DNA of 64,000 nucleotides. Source: Lobosporangium transversale (Eukaryota). The translations under genes and the position numbers were made by a program. Location: positions 310,001 through 374,000 of the forward strand of contig NW_019029021.1 of the NCBI RefSeq assembly GCF_002105155.1, given 5' to 3'. How positions within the stretch are numbered: position 1 is the stretch's first letter; the number at the start of each line of letters is the position of its first letter. The notes under the pieces were generated by a model, which made no database searches, was not told the origin of the DNA, and saw only the letters and a program-made list of their open reading frames with translations. Below, piece by piece: positions 51,636-63,360 of this stretch.

Positions 51636-54352
51636 GTTATAGTAGGCTGCGAGAGACTGTAATAGGTAGTGAAGACAAAAGGTGATTTTATTATAAATAT
51701 TAAAAGAAGCCTTTTTATAGGCTTAAGGCTATATACTGTTACACCTTCCCATTTTAAAAAAATTATAGTCTATGTGCTTTCTTGTACTTCTTAAGCATCA
51801 TGGTGCAGTTGGTAAGAGTACTTTGTGGTTGCCAAGTAGAGTCTTCTCTGGGATAGCCCTTCCACTTGATGAGGAATTCCTGGCGGTTGTTGCTGATTCG
51901 ATGATCTAAAATGGCTTCTACCTCGTATTCTTCTTCATCCTCGATGATCTCAGGAGACGGCCGTGCTGGTACTCTAGGCCCTAAGGCCTCTGGTGATGGG
52001 ATAAATTTTTTAAAACGGTCTACATGGAACACATCATGAATCTTCATCGTGCTTGGAAGCTCCAATCGGAATGATACAGGCGAGATTTGTTCAACGATGG
52101 TATGAGGTCCAGCGAATAAAGCTCGGAGCTTTTGTGTCGGCCTGTTTTTCTCAGCATCATTGGTAATATCGTCTGTGTTGAGTAGTACTTGGTCTCCAAC
52201 TGCGAATGAGTGGTCACTCCTGCGAGCGTTTGCTCTTTTGCCTGTCTCTCCCTTGCTTCTTCCAGGGCCTCCTTTGCCAATATAAGCGCCTCGCTCTGAG
52301 ATTCTACAAAGTCTTTGACACAAGGGTTTGATGAGGGGTGCAGAGTAGACTGTAGTAAAGATGCTGGAACGCGCGGGTTGAATCCGGCATTCAAGAAAAA
52401 AGGAGAAAATCCAGTTGATGCGTTGACCGAGTTGGTGTAGGCAAATTCTGCATCGGAAAGCAATAAGTCCCAATGGGTTTGTCGCTGGTCGACAAAGGCA
52501 CGGAGGATCGACTCCAAGGTCTGATTGGCTCGCTCTGTCTGACCATCAGTCTACGGATGAAATGCTGTAGAAGGGCAAGTTTGCAACCCATGAGACGGTG
52601 TAGTTCTTGCCAGAACTTACTAGTAAATTTTGTATCACGATCCGAGACAATGGTAGTGGGCATACCATGGAGCCTGAATACGTTGTCAAAGAAGATCCTT
52701 GCCACGTCCGAGGCCTTGTCCTTGGTGGTGCTGGCAACAAAGTGTACTTGCTTGGAAAGTTTATCAACGAACACTGTGATGGCGTCGAAACCTCTGGGGG
52801 TCTTGGGGAGCTTGACTATAAAATCCATTGTCACGGTTTCCCAGCGTTCTTTTGGGATAGAGAGAGGGTTGAGTAGGCCTGCGGGGTGCTGATGGCTGGC
52901 CTTGTTGCGTTGGCAGCTTTCACAGGTTTGGACATAGGTACGAGTATCACGAGCAATCCTAGGCCAGAACACATAGCGGCGGAGAGTATCATAGGTTTTG
53001 TCAAAGCCAAGATGGCCAGCTATGGCAGAGTCATGAGCATCATGGAGGAGTGCAAGGCGAATATCAGACTTTTGTGGGATACAGACAACATTTGTTCCGC
53101 GGCGTAAGACACATAGAAGGCCATCATGAAGCGAGTAGCGAGGCGGAGGGCGTTTTTCAAGGCAGCCTCTGTATATCAGTGCTAGTTTTGGATCGTCAGC
53201 ATAGCTGTCAATCAGACGTTGCTTTAGGCTTGGCTCCAGTTCGATCGCGAGTGACTTGACAGAAATGGATGGCGGATCTTGGTGATCTGGTCGTCTCGAA
53301 AGTGCATCTGGAACAATGTTATCAGATCCACGCTTGTACTTGAAATCAAAATCATATTCCTGGAGTAGCTCCATCCAGCGCGCTTGCCGCCGTGTTAATT
53401 TGGGTTGTGTTGGAAAGTGACGCAAGGTAGCGTGGTCGGTGTATACCACGAAGTGAGTGCCATCGAGGTAATAACGCCAGGTCCTTAGTGCATGAACGAC
53501 TGCTAATAATTCTTGCTCATGTGATGGGTAATTCTTCTCGGCTGAACTTAGTTTCTTGGATGTTGTTGCATATTTCAGTATGCAATATAATAATGGTTCG
53601 ACTAAAAAAACTAGGAAGATCTTAAAAAAACATACTAGAGAAATTTCAGAAATAGTACGATAAAAAATAAAACTAGCAGTAGAAACTAGTGGCAATAAAG
53701 CGTCACACTAAGACGCGACAAATCTTTGACATGAGAACCCATGCTGTCTTATAGATAGATATGTAGTTATCTGGTACAAGCCCCTCTACCAGAAATGAAT
53801 AAAGAATCCATGGGTGTGGTGTGTGGACCCACATCTTATTCTCACTTACTTTTTCTACTGTTACTATCTATCTGAAAATATTTTTCAGATGTAAACGCTA
53901 CTGGGCGGGACTCTCCATGCTCATCTGTTTGAAATAATACAGCACCAATAGCGAATCCCGAGGCATCCGTCTCTACTGTGGTGGTTAGGTCAGGGTCAAA
54001 TATTGTGAGCACAGGGGCCTTGGTTATGGCATTTTTCAAGGTAGCAAATGCGCGCTCTTTTTCTTCATCCCAAGAAAAAGTGGCACTGTCACCTAAGAGA
54101 GCAGTCAAGGGTAAGGCAATAGTGGTGAAGTCACGAATGTGCTGCTAATAGAACTGAGCAAGGCCAATAAACTGTTGTACATCTCTCTGCTTGGTGGGCT
54201 GAGGCCACTCCTTGATAGCCTTGACATGACCAGCGCTTGTCTTGATGCCGTCTTTACAAACAACATGCCCTAGGAATTCAGTTTCTTATTGCATAAAGGA
54301 GCACTTGCTAAGTTTGGCATAGAGACGATTCTTCCTGCAAAAGTCAAGGTAG
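51636..54352 (-). mobile_element. Ty3/Gypsy chromovirus A, 3' part (partial RT, RNase H, integrase, chromodomain, PPT, short 3' LTR ~51636-51743); degenerate
   Basis: 'VETDASGFAIGAVL', 'EQELLAVVHALRTWRYYL', 'HDAHDSAIAGHLG', 'TMDFIVKLP', chromodomain 'EEYEVEAILDHR...FLIKWKGY'. PPT AAAATGGGAAGG abuts TGTAACAG. Frameshifts and stops present. Confidence 0.9.
53564..53887. mobile_element. Solo LTR (324 bp) inserted in RNase H of Gypsy A
   Basis: TG...CA ends with 5-bp TSD GATGT (53559-63, 53888-92); removal restores 'PVAFTSKKLSSAEKNY'. Confidence 0.85.
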
Positions 54353-55363
54353 TGTTCTAGGGGGATCTAAGGGTGCAATAAAGGTATCTTTATTCAGGGG
54401 GAACTATGCTACAGAACTAGATAGAAAAGTAGACCTATTTATACTAGTTAATGTCCTGTTGCAAGGAATGCTCTAGAAATATGGGCGAAATACTATGTTG
54501 CACAAAATTATTATAGTGATTTCGCTTGCATCCTTCCCGTCATGAAGAAACCTATTATCTTGTTTTTCTTGAAGCCTCAAAGACGGCAAGCGCCTCTTTA
54601 GCGTTTGCGAGCGAAGATTTTGTTTCCCAAGTGGCTTCATCTAATGGATAGCCTTTCCAAAGAACGAGCCACTTAGGAGTTTTGCCAAACATTTTGAAGT
54701 CAATGATTTTGTCGACTTCATACTCCTCTTCTCCATCTACAAGCTCGGGGGCAGGGCGTGGTGGTAAGCGGTCGCCGAATTCACGAGGTGACTCAATATA
54801 GGGGCGAAGCAGATCGGCATTAAAGACTGGATGCTGATGCATGTCAGGCGGTAGTTCCAGCTTGTAGGCATTTTCATTGACCTTCGAAATGATCTTGTAA
54901 GGGCCTATGTACTCAGGTTCCAGTTTCTGCGACGGCCTATTTTTATGTCCCGCGACAGAGATGTTTTCCGAGCTTAAGAGCACCATGTCACCCACAGCAA
55001 ACGTAGCAGGCCTGCGAGTTTTGTCCGCTTGGGCCTTTTGCCTATTCTGCGCTTCGATGATGGCATCCTGAGCTAGCGCCAAATTCATCGACTGGGTTCG
55101 AACAAAATCACTGACAGCCGGAACATTGGTATCAGGTGGCTTTAAAAGAGATCCAGGGACTAGTGGATGGTGACCATAGTTCAGAAAGAATGGGGAGAAG
55201 CCTGTCGTAGGATTGACAGAGTTGTTGTATGCGAACTCCATAGGCAGTAAAAGATCCCAGTCGTTTTGCTTGTACGATATGTAAGAGCGGAGCATTTCTT
55301 CTAATGTTCTGTTGGCGCGCTCTGTTTGTCCGTCTGATTGTGGATGGAAGGCAGTTGCAAACG
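54353..55363 (-). mobile_element. Ty3/Gypsy chromovirus B, 3' fragment (integrase C-term, chromodomain, PPT, 178-bp 3' LTR 54353-54530), interrupting RT of element A
   Basis: 'TAFHPQSDGQTERANRTLE', 'GPYKII', 'EEEYEVDKII...WLVLWKGYPLDEATWE'. Purine tract CGGGAAGGA precedes TGCAAG...AGAACA on the minus strand. Confidence 0.85.
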
Positions 55364-58300
55364 TGTTATACAATACTGACTCAAACCTTTGAGGAGGGCT
55401 CAACTATCACGCGCACCCCAGGCGCCAAGACGCCAAGCCCAAGTGCTAAGACACCAAGCCCCAACCCTATCAATTATCAGTATAAAGAGTCCACTACGTT
55501 ATAGCCAAATAAAGTATCCTTTGACCTTCGATTCCACCTAAGATCACCTTTGATTGTTACTATTTACATGGTAGCAAAGGTTCATCGAACTACCGACCCC
55601 GCCAGAAACCGCTTATATTTCCCTCTGATATTTTTCCCTAGATCCCTCTGATATTTTCCTTAGATTTCCTAGATAAAATTTAAAAATTTACCCCTGCATT
55701 TGATTTTTTTTGCCATGCACAACCTCACCACTTCCTTGAAAGCTCTTAACCTTGATGCCAGTACCAGCCTATCCGTGCAGAACGCTGTGCAAACCTTCCT
55801 CGAATCCCGACAGGATAGTGCTTCTAGCGCTGCCGCCTTTAATGACCATGTCCGCACGGTGGCTGCTGTGATAAAACCTACCAAACCAGAACCATACGAG
55901 GGAAATGTCGACGCTGTCGCGGTCCTCAACTTCTTGGAGAACCAAGAAGAGTACTTCGAGATCATGGAGCTTAACCACTCCCGTTGGGTCCGATATACCG
56001 TTGTCAACCTGAAAGGAGACGCCAAGGCATGGTGGCGAGACTCGGAAATGACAATTGATACACCATGGGACACTTTCCGAAGTAAATTCATCGAAAACTT
56101 CACACCCCCTGACACGGCTTCTTCAGCCCAGAAAGCACTGGTTCAATTAAAACAAGGTAAATCCTCAGTAGCGGAATACACTGCCAAATTCCGCCGCCTC
56201 CAACGCCTCACACCCAAACTGGAGGAATCATGGCTTGTCCTCCATTATACCTACGGCCTTGTAGAAGACACAAGCAAGGAAGTCCTCCTTCGCCAGCCTC
56301 AGACTCTCAACCAGGCCATCAAGCAGGCTACGATGATCCACAGCATTTTACATTCCTCTAGACCCCCCATCATGACAAGCCAAACAAGCCAACCCACACC
56401 GACCCCGATGGACCTAGACGCAATGCAGATGATGTTCAATAACTTCCTACTACAGAATACAAACTCCACAGGCTTAGCGAACTTCCATCGCCCCTCCTCG
56501 ACTAACAACAGACCACTCTCCAAGCTCACCGAAAATGACAGAACAAAACTGCGCCGCGCAGGCGCTTGCTTTCGCTGCAGAAAGAAGGGACACATGGCCA
56601 AGAACTGCCGCGTGACTAGGAACTTGAACAACCTGGAACAACAAGACCAGTGCTCCTAATCGGTACATTCGATTCAATACACCTTCGAACCGAAATGGAA
56701 TTGACCAAGGTAAGGTTCATATCGAATCGAAACCGAATGAATATATATTGTCGAAACCGAATCGAATGTATCGAATATTCGATGCATTCGGTAAACCGAA
56801 TCATGCGGTGCCTCGATTGTACCGATTCAATTCATTTGATATACCGAATCATTCGGTACATTGATAAACCCATTAAAATTTTTATAAATTTTTTCTCACG
56901 GCACTCTTAATCAAAATGTGAATTTAAATCGTGGATTAAGAAAAATATTACCATGAAGATAAGGTTAAAACACATGTTTATAGAAAATAAAGCCTAACAA
57001 CGAGTGCGAGATATCAGGTGCGTTATACTTAAATACTCAACTGCGGCATCAGGACAACAAATGTGTTTGCATTCGCTTCAGTTCGCCTCATTTCCTTTCC
57101 TTTTCCTTTTTTTTTTTTTTTTTTTTCTCTCTTTTCCTTTTCATGCATTATCTCAATTCAGCCCAAAAGATCTCTTAAAATGAGTAAACGACGTCGTCGA
57201 ATTATCGAGGAGGAAGAAAAAGAAGTATATATTGATTACATTTGCCATATTACTTTGTATTAAGAAAAGAAGGAAAAAACTTAACCTTAATGTTTAAATT
57301 AATACCTCCATTGCAATTTTATCATACATGAACTTAAGGTTTATGACGTTGGTAACACTTCTATGTCTGCCAGCTTTGACGCACCTGACAACGATATGGA
57401 TATGGAGAGCGTGATGAGCGGCAGCGTGATGAATGAGAGCTTAGTGACGAGGAGCGTGGGAAGCTCCAGCGTGGCAAGCAGCACGGCGATCAACCGAAGC
57501 TGGGCGTGGTCACTGAAGAACAAGTGGGCCGAGCGTGTTAAAACTAAGAGTGGCTCTGGTATGCGCTGCTGTTACCCTAGCTGCGGGAAAACCTTTGGTT
57601 CATCGAATATGTCAACTTCAGGGGTCATCTAGCATCTGTGGCGAGTACATCGCATCACTAAAGATAGCAATGCCAATGATGGCAGTCTCTCCAAGCACAA
57701 GGCCCGATGGACAAGATGCTTAATTCATTTTCTCAGCCAAAAGTATTTGACCCTACGAGATTTGACGAATTGCTTGTCCGATTCGTTATCACAACAAAGC
57801 AGCCATTTACGATTGTCAAAAGCACTGCTCTCCAGGAGCTTCTAGTCCATGCTACAATGGCTACAGCATCTCAAGTAAAGCTACCGTCTGATGACACCAT
57901 GGCAACCAAGGTAAAACTATTATTACTATGATTATGATTATGATTATTATTATTATTACTCTTCAATTATTATTTTTTTTTTATAACAAACATCAACCAA
58001 ACACTGACAAAAAGATGGATTAAAAATAGGCTAAGCTAAAATACCAATACATGGAGCATCAAGTCATAAGCTTATTTGAGGATATTAACAAGGTATCACT
58101 GACCGTTGATGGCTGGACAAGCCCTTTCCAAGACAACTTCCTGGGGGTAACAGCTCACTGGATTGATCATGACTGGCGCCAACAAGAGCTGGTCATTGGA
58201 TTTGAGCCATTGTATGGAGCGCATACAGGTGAGAACTTAGCGGAATCTCTGGCTAAGGTTATCGATCGATTTAAAATTGGTGACAAGCTTCTAAGTATCA

Positions 58301-58516
58301 CCACCGACAATGCGTCAAATATGTCCAAAATGATCCGAGAGCTTGAAAAGCATCCCAAGGCAGTAGAATGGTAATTCTCAGTCACTTTCAATAATGCTAG
58401 CGCATCTAGTAATGAGTTATCTCTAACGCTTCTCTTAAAATAAATAAAAATAAATAAAAATAAAAAACATTAGGCCGCTCAAGGATGGCTTATACCATGT
58501 GCCATGCCTTGGACAC

Positions 58517-59053
58517 TGTCACGAACAGCAAGCAATGTCTAGCTCATGAATTGATGAATGACTTTTGTCTGATTCGAATCTGAAAAAGATCACGTGTGCT
58601 TGATTAATTTGTTCCGCTCATTTCCTTCACTCATTCCTCCATGCATAGTTTGCCTGTCAAGCCAAGTCGCGTCTCCTAGTTTTCTAGCTCCGTGAATAGC
58701 TCCAAGGATTCTAGAAGAGCTATAAACCAATAACCAAGGCTTATAGTGCCAAGGAACCTTGAAATAAGATTGCACCAGATATCTTCCTCGGATCCTGTGT
58801 ATTAAGTTAACTCAACACTTGAAGTTCCGCATATGGTAAAAGTCCTTAGGAAATATTTGAGTAAGCTTTATTTAGAGTTCTTGAAGCGCGTCTCCGCTTC
58901 AGTCAAACAAGTATAAATATGATAGATTTGTAACATAGTAAACCTCAGTCTGCAATAAAACTATTCGTGAATCCATTCTAGTTCTCAGCTCATTATCATT
59001 CTTGTTATTCATTCACTTACCTTTCCTTGCAAACCCTTTGTCAGTCCTTGACA
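58517..59053. mobile_element. Solo LTR (537 bp) inserted in the hAT transposase
   Basis: TGTCA...TGACA termini, 5-bp TSD GACAC (58512-16, 59054-58); splits the 'CLGH|IINL' motif. Confidence 0.88.
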
Positions 59054-59261
59054 GACACATCATTAATCTGGCAGTTCAGGCGATTTTGGGCCCAAGGGGT
59101 TTGAATGACTTGGCTCCTGAAAATGACAGTCTCTACGTGAACAACAATGAGTGTGAGGATGCGGTTGGGTTAACGCTTGTAACGCTGAGTACATTACAGA
59201 AACTCAGAAAAGGCATTGTTAAGATCAGGTCAGTATTACTATATAATCTTGGCTGCAAATA

Positions 59262-60893
59262 CACTATCATGCAAAACTGATTCAATAATTCATTCCCATG
59301 TGCATTTCTTTTTTTCATTCCTAGAAACTGTATATGCATACACCACTCATACTTTGGTTTAATAAAGCTCCCGTCTTCTTCTACGTCATAGTGATGCGTT
59401 GTGACATTAGCTTGTCTCATTTGAATAGCTAATGACTTTTTTGTTCATTCAGGTCATTGAATCAGTTTCACATGTGGTCTAAAATGTTGCCCATGACAAC
59501 TTTTGGACGTCATTTAATGCCAGTAAAAAAAGGACTTTTCTCTCTTTCCTTTATGAACACTTGCTTAACTCTCTCTTAACTATACCTTCACAGAATATGA
59601 GACCCACTCCACAAAGGAAAGTCAACGAAGCCAGGAGGTTAATGATGGGAGGCATGTCTACTAGAGAAACTGCTGCTAGTGTTGGTATATCAATAGCGAC
59701 GGCCACCAGGATCTATGCACATAATAAGGAGTACATGCAAGTCAATAAAGGCGGTCGACCAAGGAAAGTACCCAGAGGTATCATGCAGTATCTTAAGGTG
59801 AACATGAAACGAGGTACACTCAAGTCTGCAGTTGAGGCCACCGTCAGAGCCAACCAGCTCATACCAGCGGCTGTTTCTGAGACCACCGTTAGACGACGGC
59901 TCAAGGAGTTAGGATTGACAGCAAAGAGGCGTGTACATAAGCCAGCTTTACGTCGACGACATATTAAAGCTCGTTTGCATTTTATCAATAAGTATAAGGA
60001 ATGGACTCTGGAAGATTGGAAAAAGGTTATTTGGTCAGATGAATCGAAAATAAACCGAATCTGCTCTGATGGCGTGCAGTGGATCTGGGACGACAATCCG
60101 GGACGCCTCACTCGCAGGTCGGTGCAAGGCACTGTCAAGTTTGGGGGTGGTAATGTTAAAGTGTGGTCATGCTTCTCATGGTACGGACCTGGATACATTG
60201 CAAAGATTGACAATAATATGGACGCACAACTTTACATCAAACTACTGCAGGAGGATCTACAGATGTCGCTTGATGACTGGGGCCTAACTAAAAGCGATAT
60301 CGTCTTTCAGCACGACAATGACTCGAAGCACACGGCGAAGATTGTTAGGAAGTATTTGGAGTCAGTACATCTGACAGAAGAGGAAGGTACACTTCTAGAG
60401 TGGCCAGCACAATCCCCTGACCTCAACCCTATTGAACACATGTGGGCAGAATTGGATAGGCGGCTCTCTAGGTATCCGGAGCGAGCTAAGAGCTGTGATG
60501 AACTATGGGAGCGAGTATCGGTTGAATGGTACAGGATCCCAGTGGGCTTCTGCCGCAAACTCATCATAGGTATCCATAAGGGACTCCAAGCTGTCAGTGA
60601 TGCCCATGGTTGGAATACTATCTATTGATGTAAGGTTATGCCTCACAAAAGAATAAAGATCTTTGGCCACCGAATGGGCACATGTGAAACTGATTCAATG
60701 ACCTGCATGAACAAAAAAGTCATTAGCTATTCAAATGAGACAAGCTAATGTCACAACGCATCACTATGACGTAGAAGAAGACGGGAGCTTTATTAAACCA
60801 AAGTATGAGTGGTGTATGCATATACAGTTTCTAGGAATGAAAAAAAGAAATGCACATGGGAATGAATTATTGAATCAGTTTTGCATGATAGTG
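59262..60893 (+). mobile_element. Complete Tc1-family transposon (1632 bp, 215-bp TIRs, TA TSD)
   Basis: TIRs 59262-59476 and 60679-60893, nearly identical (one mismatch seen); TA at 59260-61 and 60894-95. Confidence 0.95.
59597..60628 (+). CDS. Tc1-like transposase, intact, DD39E spacing
   Basis: HTH with 'GGRPRK', 'VIWSDESK', 'TVKFGGGNVKVWSCF', 'FQHDNDSKH', 'WPAQSPDLNPIEHMW'. Confidence 0.95.
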   Translation: MRPTPQRKVNEARRLMMGGMSTRETAASVGISIATATRIYAHNKEYMQVNKGGRPRKVPRGIMQYLKVNMKRGTLKSAVEATVRANQLIPAAVSETTVRRRLKELGLTAKRRVHKPALRRRHIKARLHFINKYKEWTLEDWKKVIWSDESKINRICSDGVQWIWDDNPGRLTRRSVQGTVKFGGGNVKVWSCFSWYGPGYIAKIDNNMDAQLYIKLLQEDLQMSLDDWGLTKSDIVFQHDNDSKHTAKIVRKYLESVHLTEEEGTLLEWPAQSPDLNPIEHMWAELDRRLSRYPERAKSCDELWERVSVEWYRIPVGFCRKLIIGIHKGLQAVSDAHGWNTIY

Positions 60894-63272
60894 TATAAAC
60901 TTGAATCATGAAACTTAACTATAAAATACCTTTTATATCGACTTATACATAGAGCTTCGCCACAAAGGATTGACAAGTTTGGCCAGGTCTGCGCTATCCT
61001 GAAATGCCCAAACCTTGAACTGAAAAGGGATAACTGCACACGTTGGAACTCTACTTTCATCATGGTGGATAGGGCAATAACGTTAAGGCTAGCCTACCAG
61101 AGCATGTGCCAAAACGAACCGTTTTTATCGGCCTTCTCCCTGAAAGACGAAGAATGGGGATACCTGAAGAAGCTCCATATTTTGCTTAGCCAGTTTAATG
61201 ATATCACAGCGACGTTGTCTTCTAGCCTGGGATACCCGACAATCAACAGAGCCATGTCTGCTTACAACAACATGATCGACCACCTAGAAGATTATATTGA
61301 AAAGAAGAGGATCCTCCACTAGAAAACGCAGCAGGTCAAGGGTTAAAGAAGCTTTTGCGTTATTATTCTAAAACTGATTCCTCAGCGGTCTATGCCGTCG
61401 CCACTGCTATGGACCCGAGGATGCGGTTTGACTGGTGGGAAGCTAACGAATGGGGTGAATATATTCAAAGCAGCCAAGACATGGCAACGAAGGTCTGGGA
61501 AGATGAATATAAGGGCAAAGAAGGCCCAAGTCAGCTTCCAGCTGAAGAAGAAATGGAGATGAGACGCTAAGGTATCGAGAAAAAAGGTGGAGAGCTTGAA
61601 TTATACGTTCGAGAAGGAAGTTCTCTAGTTGCTAGTAAACATGAGCCTCCAGAGTTAGTGTACTGGCGATCACAAAAGGAACGCTTGCCCAATTTGGCGA
61701 ATATGGCAAAGGACTATCTTGCAGTCCCTGTGACATCAACCCCGGCAGAAAGATGCTTTTCGCAAGCCAAGTTCTTCCTGCCACCTGAAAGAAATAGCCT
61801 TAGCCCTACGACGATCCAGCGCTTGGTCATCCTGGACTCTTGGATGAATGTTCTCCCATAAATTAGTTGCTATAGTTCTGTATACATTCGCTATAAGTGA
61901 AAAGTCAAAATTTAAATATATTTCCAACATTTGAACGTTAGTCGAATGTACCGTGGCGCATCAAATTGTGTAAGCCCATTCTAACCTGTCAAGTTTTTTA
62001 TTCAAAAAGCCGATATAGTCGTATTAAATAGTGCATAGATACATTCGATGCGCTTAAAAAATCGGCTTCGATGCATTCGGTAAATCGGTTTCGATACATT
62101 CGGTAAACGGTTTCGATACATTCGATGCATTCGATATAATCATACGACCCACGCTACACATTAAGGGTATCATTCAACACATTCGATTCATTCGATTCGA
62201 TACAGAAATGGAGCATTCAATTTCGGTACAAACTTACCCTGAGCCGAAACCGAATCGAATGCATTCAATCCCATTCAATTTCGGTTGTATCGAATCGATT
62301 AGGAGCACTGCTTCATGACGCACATGATTCTCCCATTGCTGGCCACCTCGGCTTCGAGAAAACATATGAAACCATGCGAAGTACTTTCTTTTGGCCACGA
62401 ATGGCCCGAGACACCAAGACTTACATTGCATCATGCTAACAGTGCCAGCGAAATAAACCACTGCTTCATCATCCTGCCGGATTATTCAAACCTCTCGATA
62501 TACCTCTTGGACGATTGGAAACTGTTACCATGGACTTCATTGGCCCTTTACCCAAGACGAACCGAGGGTTCAATGCCATAACTGTATTCGTAGACAAGTT
62601 ATCCAAACAAGTCCACTTCTGCCCTAGCCATACAACGGACACTGCTTCAGATATCGCGCGACTCTTCTTCAATAATATCTTCCGACTCCATGGAATGCCA
62701 CGAGCTATTGTATCGGACAGAGACTCAAGATTCACGGGACACTTCTGGACCACATTGATGAAGCTAATAGGAACAAAACTCCATATGTCTACAGCATTCC
62801 ATCCTCAGACAGACAAACAGACGGAGCGAGCCAACAGGACCCTGGAGGAAATGCTACGATCTTATGTCTCGTACAAACAGAATGACTGGGACTTGCTCTT
62901 ACCAATGATGGAATTTGCATACAACAACTCCGTCAACCCCTCCACAGGGTTTTCCCCCTTTTTCTTAAACCACGGTCATCATCCCATTTTCCCATCATCC
63001 CTCTTGAAACCACCAACAACAGATGTACCGGCTATTTCTACCTTCATTTCCACTCAAGCCTCTGCGATGGCGCGAGCACAAGACGCTATAGCGACAGCTC
63101 AGGACATCCAAAAACGCCTAGCGGATAAAGCACGATCACCCTCCAGGTTCACTGTAGGCGATAGTGTCTTACTGAGCACGGAGCATATCACTGTCGCAGC
63201 TCACGCAAACCGACCCTCCAAAAAGTAAGAACCAAAATTCATTGGACCATTCAGAACCATAGAGAAGATCAA

Positions 63273-63360
63273 TGTGACAGTTATATAGCATTAAGCCTAT
63301 AAAAAAGGCTTGTTTTAATAATTATAATAAAATCATCCTTTGTCTCTATTAATTATTACA
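63273..63360 (+). repeat. Short LTR-like segment related to the LTR of Gypsy A
   Basis: TGTGACAGTTATATAGCATTAAGCCTATAAAAAAGGCT...ATTACA closely resembles the reverse complement of 51657-51743; no TSD found. Confidence 0.7.

Larger units (their letters stand above)
57180..61861 (+). pseudogene. hAT (Ac-like) transposase with BED zinc finger, intron-containing, disrupted
   Basis: BED 'W..CCYPSCGK...STSGVI*HLWRVH' (stop 57630-32), 'SLTVDGWTS', 'ITTDNASN', 'PCLGH/IINLAVQ', 'TRWNSTF', 'ATAMDPR', dimerisation domain 'LANMAKDYLAVPVTSTPAERCFS'. Stops, frameshifts and insertions present. Confidence 0.9.
56648..62310 (+). mobile_element. hAT DNA transposon carrying two nested insertions
   Basis: 15-bp TIRs CAGTGCTCCTAATCG / CGATTAGGAGCACTG; subterminal arrays of ATTCGAT/ATCGAAT/TCGGTA at 56660-56860 and 62040-62295; internal transposase. 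Confidence 0.9.
55364..63272 (+). mobile_element. Ty3/Gypsy element C (5' LTR 55364-55568, PBS, gag 55715-56647, integrase 62311-63272), split by the hAT element
   Basis: 205-bp TG..CA LTR followed directly by PBS TGGTAGCAAAGG (tRNA-iMet-like). Gag has 'LKGDAKAWW', 'QGKSSVAEY', 'PTPMDLD' and CCHC 'CFRCRKKGHMAKNC'. Integrase has 'HDAHDSPIAGHLG', 'TMDFIGPLP', 'VSDRDSRF'. That gag and integrase belong to one element is inferred. Confidence 0.8.

Noticed and set aside
56660..56860. Short repeated ATTCGAT/ATCGAAT motifs superficially like a CRISPR or iteron array
   Set aside because: Irregular spacing, mirrored at the other hAT end (62040-62295); these are hAT subterminal repeats in a eukaryote.
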